From Pseudobacteriovorax sp. (lineage in GTDB: Bacteria; Bdellovibrionota_B; Oligoflexia; Oligoflexales; Oligoflexaceae): 17,423 bases of DNA. The notes under the pieces are model-generated. The model searched no databases and was not told the origin of the DNA. It saw only the letters and a program-made list of their open reading frames with translations. Location: positions 1 to 17,423 of the forward strand of contig JBNKNM010000110.1 of NCBI GenBank assembly GCA_050293845.1, read 5' to 3'. Shown in pieces: positions 8,863-15,627 of the stretch. Both the position numbers and the translations under genes were made by a program. The first letter of the stretch is position 1. Each line of letters starts with the position of its first letter.

Positions 8863-9663
8863 ATGAATTATTATGAAGAAAAAAAAGAAGCCAAAAAAGA
8901 ACGATACACGCGTTACGCTAAAAATGCACAATCAAGAAGTGATGCCGCTTGTGAGAAAGCTAAACAAATTAGTAGCTATATACCTTTTGGGCAGCCGATA
9001 CTAGTGGGCCATCACTCAGAAAAACGTCATAGAGCCGATATAAATCGAATTGATAATAATATGCGAAAGTCGGTAAAAGAGCAAGAAAAGTCAGACTATT
9101 GGACAAACAGAGCTGAGGCAGTTGATAGCGATTATCAAATAAACTCAGACGATCCTGAGGCAATTACTAAGTTAGAGGCAAAAGTAAAAAATTTGTTAGA
9201 TTCAAATGAAAAGAGCAAGGCTTTCAATAAAAGACTGGCGAAATGGAAAACCTGGGAAAATTTAAAATGTAGTGAAGAAAAAGACTTAATAGCCTATGTG
9301 GAAAGAAAACGTAAATACTACGCTTTACCTCCTGACTCCTTAAGATGTTATTACCTTGATACTTCTAGGAATACTCAAGAAGTGAGACGATTGAAAGGTA
9401 GAATTTCTGGACTAAAAAAAGCTGATACATTTCAACCCTATTCAGTTGGTGGTATAAATGTAAGGTTAGAAGAGGGTCAGATAAGGATATACTTCCCAGG
9501 TAAGCCCAATGAGGAAATTAGAACAGTACTAAAGAAAACATTTAACTTTAAATTTAGCAGATGGTCAATCGCATGGGTACGAAAATTTACACCGTCCACA
9601 TCCGGATATTTTTTAAAAGAATTGCGCGAATATATAGAAAGCCTAGATGATAAGTGTATTTGA
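8863..9663 (+). CDS. DUF3560 domain protein (associated with plasmid/ICE leading regions)
   Basis: Hallmark IPFGQPILVGHHSEKRHR and INSDDPEAI.KL motifs; C-terminal IYFPGKPNEEIR..LK...FKFS....AW segment; AAGGA RBS. Confidence 0.9.
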   Translation: MNYYEEKKEAKKERYTRYAKNAQSRSDAACEKAKQISSYIPFGQPILVGHHSEKRHRADINRIDNNMRKSVKEQEKSDYWTNRAEAVDSDYQINSDDPEAITKLEAKVKNLLDSNEKSKAFNKRLAKWKTWENLKCSEEKDLIAYVERKRKYYALPPDSLRCYYLDTSRNTQEVRRLKGRISGLKKADTFQPYSVGGINVRLEEGQIRIYFPGKPNEEIRTVLKKTFNFKFSRWSIAWVRKFTPSTSGYFLKELREYIESLDDKCI

Positions 9664-9734
9664 GAATAAAGATGCTACTCATATATTCATAACATAACAC
9701 TAGCAAGCAATTTAGTATAATGGAGTTTTTTAAT

Positions 9735-9833
9735 ATGACAGCTAAACTCAGCAATCAAATGTTATTATTTCAAGAAGTGAAAGAGGATGTGAAAAAGGAA
9801 GTAATCAAGCTTAAAATTAAGGTTAAACAATAG
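9735..9833 (+). CDS. Micropeptide B (32 aa) MTAKLSNQMLLFQEVKEDVKKEVIKLKIKVKQ
   Basis: GGAG RBS; paralogous to the 8700-8807 peptide. Confidence 0.7.
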   Translation: MTAKLSNQMLLFQEVKEDVKKEVIKLKIKVKQ

Positions 9834-9850
9834 GGCTTTCTGGCCCTTTT
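9832..9850 (+). terminator. Short intrinsic-terminator-like hairpin
   Basis: AGGGC-tttctg-GCCCT followed by T residues, right at the micropeptide B stop. Confidence 0.4.
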
Positions 9851-9864
9851 ATAGGAGATAAAAG

Positions 9865-9951
9865 ATGACATTTTCCGGAACAAATTATAAAGGTGACATG
9901 AACCTCAAGGAAATTGCTAAAAGAGTTCGACAAGAAATAAAAGCGGCGTGA
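9865..9951 (+). pseudogene. Truncated ORF resembling the N-terminus of polyvalent-protein-associated (LPD29-like) proteins
   Basis: AGGAG RBS; MTFSGTNYKGDMNLKEIAKRVRQEIKAA* stops after 28 aa. The G.NY...L.KEIAKRVR..IK pattern is recalled from such proteins (not searched). Confidence 0.4.
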
Positions 9952-10021
9952 AGAAAGGTCGAGGATTCTAGCTGAAAAAGAAAAGGTGTTAAATGGATCT
10001 TTCGATTGATCAATAATTTTC

Positions 10022-10055
10022 TGAGTATCTCAGTTTTACTAAATTGAGATGCTCA
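10022..10055 (+). terminator. 15-bp hairpin, probable terminator or processing structure at the end of the + operon
   Basis: TGAGTATCTCAGTTT-tact-AAATTGAGATGCTCA; both non-Watson-Crick pairs are G-U on the + strand. Confidence 0.55.
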
Positions 10056-10188
10056 TGCTTTAAGGATAGTATTTAATTAATCACTTAGGAGAATGATATG
10101 TTGAACACCAGTTAATTTGATTTTTATATGAGCCTTACGGCAAGCTTTTTTAAATGACCCATGTGGTCGCCGAGAAGTGCGCGCTCCA

Positions 10189-10324
10189 TAAAAAAAAGAG
10201 CGGATCTCCCCGGAAATTTAACCTGTGTTCTCTCCTGTGCAAAATCCAAGTTATTTACTTTTAGCGGTTGAGACATTATTTTTTTAGCGGGACCCATAGG
10301 TACCGTCAAGGATATATTTCGGAT
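10189..10324 (-). repeat. ~135-bp repeat, copy 2 (promoter P2 at 10281-10309 plus putative sRNA)
   Basis: The reverse complement reads CTTGACGGTACCTATGGGTCCCGCTAAAAAAATAATGTCTCAACCGC...AGGAGAGAACACAGGTTAAATTTCCGGGGAGATCCGCTCTTTTTTTT, matching copy 1. Confidence 0.95.
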
Positions 10325-10335
10325 CTATATTAACG

Positions 10336-10569
10336 TTAGCTAAATCTTATGAAAGTTGAAAGTATACCTGCTTTAGAGACTACACCTACTTTACCATTAA
10401 TATTTTTTACATGAATACGTATTGTATTAGTAGAAATTCCAAGTAAATCTGCTAAAGCCTTCGCACTAACGGTACCCGAAATCATTTCAGAGAGTACCGT
10501 TGTTTCCCTTTTACTCAATCCATATTCCTCAGAAAATTTATCTATTTTTGAAACAATTTGTTCAGTCAT
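10336..10569 (-). CDS. Stand-alone LuxR/GerE-type HTH regulator (paralog of 6202-6438)
   Basis: LSKRETTVL...KALADLLGISTNTIRIHVKNINGKVG; AAGGAG RBS. Confidence 0.9.
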   Translation of the reverse strand: MTEQIVSKIDKFSEEYGLSKRETTVLSEMISGTVSAKALADLLGISTNTIRIHVKNINGKVGVVSKAGILSTFIRFS

Positions 10570-10788
10570 CTTCGTCTCCTTTCAAACATTTCGCCTTTTA
10601 TTAGCAAACCCTTTTGGCTAAGTCAATATGAATTACTCTATTTCTACAATTTTGTTCAACATTTTTATGATACTAATGATCCTAAAAAGACCGTTTCATC
10701 ATAAAAATACGGATTGATATTCTCGTTATAGCCATGAAATAATACGTTTGGCATAATTCTCTTTCTTACTTGCACAGGGCGAGAGGTC

Positions 10789-10902
10789 ATGAAAGTAAAG
10801 CTTAAAATTAAGCCTCAAAAGCCTTTAGCGATTGACCCTCTTACCCTTATTGATATTGCCAAGGCCATTGACCTGAGCAAGAAAAAGGCGAAGAAGGGGT
10901 AA
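10789..10902 (+). CDS. Micropeptide C (37 aa) MKVKLKIKPQKPLAIDPLTLIDIAKAIDLSKKKAKKG
   Basis: GAGAGG just upstream of the ATG; shares KLKIK with peptides A and B and the 15-nt AAGCTTAAAATTAAG with B. Confidence 0.55.
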   Translation: MKVKLKIKPQKPLAIDPLTLIDIAKAIDLSKKKAKKG

Positions 10903-11359
10903 TAAGATCGACTCGCAGCATGGTTCTCCACAAAAAAGTGGAAAACCAAATTAGTCATAGTTGTATTCCTCTTTCATACATATCTTATTGAAATCATAAG
11001 CTCGGCGCAGAATTGCGCCCAGTGGTTTAATTGTTAACTGCGACATATTTTACTGAAGGAAAATTTTCCCTGAGTGCCCCATCGATACAACGACCCAGAA
11101 AATTCTCTAACTATTTATGGTTTAGTAGGGGTACCAAATAGAACTTCCAATGAATAAAGCATATTACAAAATTCTCTTCTAAACCTGTTGACTATTAGGC
11201 AAGCATTATGTTTTCCTAGGTCTGAACCTCAGGATTCAAAGCCTGAATGGAGTTGAAGAACAACTGAGGTTCACTCTTCACTGCTGAGTGGCGATACTTC
11301 TAAAATGCGTTTCTAAAAACTGAATATTTTTATTGGTCATTGCAAAATAGGAGCATCTA

Positions 11360-12547
11360 ATGACTGAATTTTCTAATGAGTCACTATCAGTGATTCTGGG
11401 CCTTAATGATGGTGATCTTAAGCACCGAGCTGACTGCACATTGAAAGCTTTCGATGAAGCGTCAAAAATCGTTACTGAATGTCTTGATCAAGTTAGATTT
11501 AGACTCAAACAAGCGCATGATGATAACGAATTTATCCGCGATGTATGGGAACTAACCTATTATGATGAGCTGAATTTCGAGTCGAGCAAGTCTACGTCTC
11601 ATGCTATTACTTTTGACTTGGAAAAAAAGAATTTTTTTGCAAAGCCGAGGTCCTGGTGTGGGCTTCCCGATAATCCACACCTAAAATATGATCATGTACT
11701 ACATGAACGAGAGTATCACATCGGAGAACTACCTCTAAAGCTAAAGGCGTTTGCGGTTAATGGACTGTGGAGTTATCTTGGAGATGTCTTACCCACTTCA
11801 GTTTTTAAAAGTAAGCTCGTAGATAGGGCCAATGAGATGCTAGATAAGGTGGAATTCAATAAGCCTCCACTTTCTAATTCTACAAGCTTTTCGATGTTGA
11901 AAAGTCAAATGGAACATCTTTTCGAAACTGGAAAGTTAAATGTTGAATGCTTTGAAGATACCGAGGAGGTCTTACCAAGAAGTCTAAACATTTTTAAAAA
12001 TATTTCACAGGCAAACGAACAACTTACTACCAATGAGCCCAACCTTAATAAATTGGGACAGGCAGCTATTGATTTCGATTTTGAGCTTGAGCTAATGGTT
12101 GCCAACAAAATTGAACTACTTTTTAATAAATACTCAGGATTGTTAGCCCAGGGTCAGTTTAATCTTGAAAAAATGTCAGTGCGGGCTAAGGACGGATTGA
12201 TTAAGATTCAGTCAACAGATGATGATGAATATAAACTTCCTGAGCAATTCACTAGCCATTTTAAGATTTTAGTAAAAAAGCTGAACAGTGGAAAGGTGGA
12301 CTACATAGTCGGGTCTTTTTTAAACGAGATCGCTGACAGAGTCCGTAAGTGCAGCTATGACTTTGATGACGATGAGGAAGAAGCCAAGAACCCTACAATC
12401 TTATATGTCCTCAATGAAGAGAAGGAGGTTGTTGAAAAAGCAATCGAGTTGGCAAAGGATCAAAATGTCATTGATCAAATTGCTGATCAAGGTCTTGCAA
12501 TTGGTCAATTCATGGCAGATTTTAGTCGAGCTGTCTTAGCGCGATAA
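11360..12547 (+). CDS. Hypothetical acidic protein (395 aa), no recognisable family
   Basis: Long ORF with AGGAG RBS. Confidence 0.85.
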   Translation: MTEFSNESLSVILGLNDGDLKHRADCTLKAFDEASKIVTECLDQVRFRLKQAHDDNEFIRDVWELTYYDELNFESSKSTSHAITFDLEKKNFFAKPRSWCGLPDNPHLKYDHVLHEREYHIGELPLKLKAFAVNGLWSYLGDVLPTSVFKSKLVDRANEMLDKVEFNKPPLSNSTSFSMLKSQMEHLFETGKLNVECFEDTEEVLPRSLNIFKNISQANEQLTTNEPNLNKLGQAAIDFDFELELMVANKIELLFNKYSGLLAQGQFNLEKMSVRAKDGLIKIQSTDDDEYKLPEQFTSHFKILVKKLNSGKVDYIVGSFLNEIADRVRKCSYDFDDDEEEAKNPTILYVLNEEKEVVEKAIELAKDQNVIDQIADQGLAIGQFMADFSRAVLAR

Positions 12548-12600
12548 CCTAATTCGCCATTGTCCCTCGCAATAAATACTGCTAATTGTATTAAAGTATA

Positions 12601-12694
12601 CCTGGGTGCAAAAGCAGGCCCTTCGTTGGTCAGCCTCGGCGAAGTTAGCATGCTTAGCCCCTGGTTCGATCTTTTCCAGGTGAGCAGGCTCAGG
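12601..12694 (+). other. GC-rich multi-branch (cloverleaf-like) structured element
   Basis: Pairings 12601-07/12688-94, 12621-28/12637-44, 12651-56/12681-86 and 12660-64/12676-80; the wobble pairs are G-U on the + strand. Confidence 0.45.
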
Positions 12695-12768
12695 AAAATG
12701 TAAACATTTTTAATCAATGATTTCAGCATGTTTACCTGTAAACATTGTAAACGGTCCAGAGTAACGGT
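12695..12768. repeat. Cluster of GTAAAC motifs in both orientations
   Basis: TGTAAACAT 12699, ATGTTTAC 12728, TGTAAACAT 12737, TGTAAAC 12746 and a degenerate GTAACGGT 12761. Confidence 0.7.
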
Positions 12769-12919
12769 GTCATTGGTAATAGGAAAAAAATGATACTATG
12801 TCGAGATTCATAACGAAATCAGAATTAGACCGCGTTGCAACAGTACAGTTGAAGTCTTCGATTGGAAGACGTTATTTTTCCATAGCGTTTATTTTTCTAT
12901 TTGGGAGCACCAATAATAT

Positions 12920-13060
12920 TTACTGGTCCGGCAGCTCCTCTAGCTCGATATCAACCATGTCCAGCAGCACCCTTTGAAGCTCCTTGTTATCTGTATGGCT
13001 TTCTAGTTGTTGTTTGATGCCCTCAATTATGCCCCAGTCGCGTTCGGTAATTTCCATCAT
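12920..13060 (-). CDS. Small acidic protein (46 aa) MMEITERDWGIIEGIKQQLESHTDNKELQRVLLDMVDIELEELPDQ
   Basis: AAGGAG RBS (the second ATG at 13057 is better spaced); divergent from the SRAP gene; below the ORF-track cutoff. Confidence 0.6.
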   Translation of the reverse strand: MMEITERDWGIIEGIKQQLESHTDNKELQRVLLDMVDIELEELPDQ

Positions 13061-13148
13061 ATGCTCCTTTTTAGTTGGAGCTTGGTTTTATGGCTAGTGG
13101 TGAATCATTGCCAGTGACATCTTGTAAAAATCGCACAGGAGATAAAAA

Positions 13149-13928
13149 ATGTGTTTTTCTGTGTATGTCAGACAAGACTTCGAAAATTTAGAAATAGAAT
13201 ACGATGCCGATACCAATTTTGGCAAATGGAATAGGTTAATCGTCACACAGGCAAAGCTTCCAGACGAAGATAGTAGAATTTTCGCTAATTATTATGCACC
13301 TGTGATCACTTACATTGACAATAAAAAAGTTATCGAACCGATGCGCTATAGCTGCTATTCACCGAGCTATATGACTGAAGCACAAGTAAAAAAACTTTCA
13401 ACATTTAACGCGCGTCGAGATTCTCTACAAAAAAGATTTTGGTCTGAAGCATTCGGAGTAAACCACGGAATCATAGTACTGAAAGGATTCTACGAATGGG
13501 TCGCCGTTAAAGATCTAGTGAAAACAGGTGTTGTTACTATTGATCAAATAAGAGCCAAATTTGAACAGGAATCCGAGGAAAGAAAACAAAAAATTCTTAG
13601 CCAAGGTAAAAAATATGCTCCTACGAAAACTGAGTTAAAAGATCCCATATTTCGAAACATCATAATTGAGTTTAGACCAGATATTAGCGAGGATCTTGTT
13701 GTACCTGTTATCTATAACACAAATAAGGAGGGGACAGATTATGGTTTTGCTATAATCACAGATGAGCCTACTCCTGAAATCCAAGCTGCTGGCCATGATC
13801 GAATGCCTATAAATCTTAGTCGGAATGCTATTGAGGATTGGTTGCATCCGCAAGGCAAATCCTTTGAACAAATTGATTTATTATTTGATGTGAAAGAGAA
13901 AGAAAAATTTTCATATAAAATTGCCTAA
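13149..13928 (+). CDS. SOS response-associated peptidase (SRAP, YedK/HMCES family; abasic-site processing)
   Basis: N-terminal Met-Cys, TFNARRDSL, GFYEW (Glu) and GHDRMPI (His); adjacent to umuDC. Confidence 0.92.
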   Translation: MCFSVYVRQDFENLEIEYDADTNFGKWNRLIVTQAKLPDEDSRIFANYYAPVITYIDNKKVIEPMRYSCYSPSYMTEAQVKKLSTFNARRDSLQKRFWSEAFGVNHGIIVLKGFYEWVAVKDLVKTGVVTIDQIRAKFEQESEERKQKILSQGKKYAPTKTELKDPIFRNIIIEFRPDISEDLVVPVIYNTNKEGTDYGFAIITDEPTPEIQAAGHDRMPINLSRNAIEDWLHPQGKSFEQIDLLFDVKEKEKFSYKIA

Positions 13929-15193
13929 CTACATTTCACAATCAGAAGATCTTCCCATTTTGTCGTGTAGTAAGGGGAATGTAACTTACTAGCCATTTTC
14001 CAGCTTTGGTCCGTACCACAAGACCCAATACGAATCATATCTCGATAATAATTTCGATTAATTTCATCAATTGTAGTCATGATCTTTCGTTCCTTATCAT
14101 ACCTCACTGGATCGTCAAAAATGCCAAATTGAATTCGAGACATTGGACTGATATCGCTAAGCATTACTATTGCTTTTTTGTACTCTATTCCTTTTTTGAA
14201 AATAGCTTTCAAAGCCCTTAATCCAGCTTGAGTAAGGGCAATTGTGGAATTAGTGGCTGTAAGTAATTTAACAGTCGCAGGTCGAGAATAATACTGTCTG
14301 ACTTGCTTATGAGGGTTTGTGTGAATAATGACCGTTAGTGTTAGGCAAACACTGTTTTGCTGACGCAACTTTTCTGCTGCTCGTGTAACATACTGAGAAA
14401 CTGCTTCCTCCAAGTCTGCAAGGCTAAAAACAGGCCTGCCGAATGATCTGGAACTAATAATTTGCTTTTTGGCCACGACATCTTCAAGAGGAAGACATGA
14501 AACACCTTTAATTTCTTCTTGAATACGGTGACCAACAATCGTAAGAAGGCGCTGGACTAATGTCGGGTCCGCATCACGTAACTGGGAAGCAGTATAGATC
14601 CCGTAACTTTTAAGCTTCTCAGCCGATTTACTGCCGATTCCCCAGATGTCGCCCACTAGAAATTTCGAAAGAGCTTCTTCTCGGATATCAGGATCATATA
14701 GATTAAAAACTCCCGATTCTATTTTTGATTTTTTGGCAATTTTATTGGCGATCTTAGCGAGCACTTTAGTCGGTCCCAGGCCGATACAAGTCGGGATTCC
14801 TACCTCCTGCAAAACTGCTTTTCGAATTTTGCTTGCGTATTCATTAAAATCATCTGTAGGGCAGTTCTCTAATCGTAGAAAGGCTTCATCTATCGAGTAG
14901 ACTTCAAGATCCGGTGACCACTCACCGAGGATATTCATTACACGAGAGGAAATATCACCATAGAGCGTGTAATTGGAAGAAAACACGCTAATATTGTTTC
15001 TATGAATTACATCCTTGATATGGTGATATGGGGCTCCCATTTTAATTCCAATGGCTTTCGCTTCATCAGACCGAGAAATTGTACAACCATCGTTGTTACT
15101 GAGAACGATAACTGGTCTATTCTTAAGATCTGGTTTAAAAAGCCGCTCGCAAGATACATAGAAGGAGTTGCAGTCAACAAGGGCAAAAATCAT
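13925..15193 (-). CDS. umuC: Y-family DNA polymerase V catalytic subunit
   Basis: ALVDCNSFYVSCE, VLSNNDGC, FSSNYTLYGDIS, YSIDEAF, SRSFG and a C-terminal SP.YTT.W.DL motif. Confidence 0.97.
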   Translation of the reverse strand: MIFALVDCNSFYVSCERLFKPDLKNRPVIVLSNNDGCTISRSDEAKAIGIKMGAPYHHIKDVIHRNNISVFSSNYTLYGDISSRVMNILGEWSPDLEVYSIDEAFLRLENCPTDDFNEYASKIRKAVLQEVGIPTCIGLGPTKVLAKIANKIAKKSKIESGVFNLYDPDIREEALSKFLVGDIWGIGSKSAEKLKSYGIYTASQLRDADPTLVQRLLTIVGHRIQEEIKGVSCLPLEDVVAKKQIISSRSFGRPVFSLADLEEAVSQYVTRAAEKLRQQNSVCLTLTVIIHTNPHKQVRQYYSRPATVKLLTATNSTIALTQAGLRALKAIFKKGIEYKKAIVMLSDISPMSRIQFGIFDDPVRYDKERKIMTTIDEINRNYYRDMIRIGSCGTDQSWKMASKLHSPYYTTKWEDLLIVKCS

Positions 15194-15615
15194 TATTCTT
15201 GCCTATAGATGGAGAAAGTAACAACACCGAACAGTTCGAATTCTTGTTCGTCATCTATAAATATAGCAGGGAATGATTTATTTTCAGCTCGAAGCTCTAT
15301 TCTACTTCCAAAGCGAAAGTACCGCTTAACCACGAATTCTCCGTCAAGGATGGCAAGGACTATTGATCCATTCTTAGGTGTTAGGGAGCGATCAACTACC
15401 AGGATATCGCCATTATGGATATTTGCTCCGGTCATAGAGGTACCACTGGCTCTCACGAGAAATGTTGACGCAGGCTTCTTTATAATCAACTCGTTCAGAT
15501 CTAGGGGCTTCTGAAGGTAGTCAAAGGCTGGACTTGGAAAGCCGCAAGATACGGGGTTTTCATAAAATGGTAGTGATATCTTCGCCTTAATGCCAGGTTT
15601 CTGCAGGGTTTGCAT
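15193..15615 (-). CDS. umuD: DNA polymerase V subunit UmuD (S24 peptidase)
   Basis: VSCGFPSPA autocleavage site, GTSM (catalytic Ser) and FVVKR (catalytic Lys); 1-bp overlap with umuC. Confidence 0.95.
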   Translation of the reverse strand: MQTLQKPGIKAKISLPFYENPVSCGFPSPAFDYLQKPLDLNELIIKKPASTFLVRASGTSMTGANIHNGDILVVDRSLTPKNGSIVLAILDGEFVVKRYFRFGSRIELRAENKSFPAIFIDDEQEFELFGVVTFSIYRQE

Positions 15616-15627
15616 CGTGTCTCCTTA

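Noticed and set aside
10124..10309. 61-aa minus-strand ORF across repeat copy 2
   Set aside because: It starts on the TTG of the -35 box without an RBS, so it cannot be translated from the P2 transcript.
7792..10324. Repeat pair as a CRISPR array or IS terminal inverted repeats
   Set aside because: Only two inverted copies, no spacer periodicity, no cas or transposase gene and no evident target-site duplication.
11240..11275. Hammerhead ribozyme-like CTGA...stem...GA pattern
   Set aside because: The required CUGANGA and GAAA core elements are not present.
12601..12694. Canonical tRNA gene
   Set aside because: No proper D-loop GG, 7-nt anticodon loop, 7-nt T-loop geometry or CCA end.
12798..12977. 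59-aa plus-strand ORF MSRFITKSELDRV...
   Set aside because: Poorly placed RBS, Ser-rich tail, and it overlaps the better-supported minus-strand ORF at 12920-13060.
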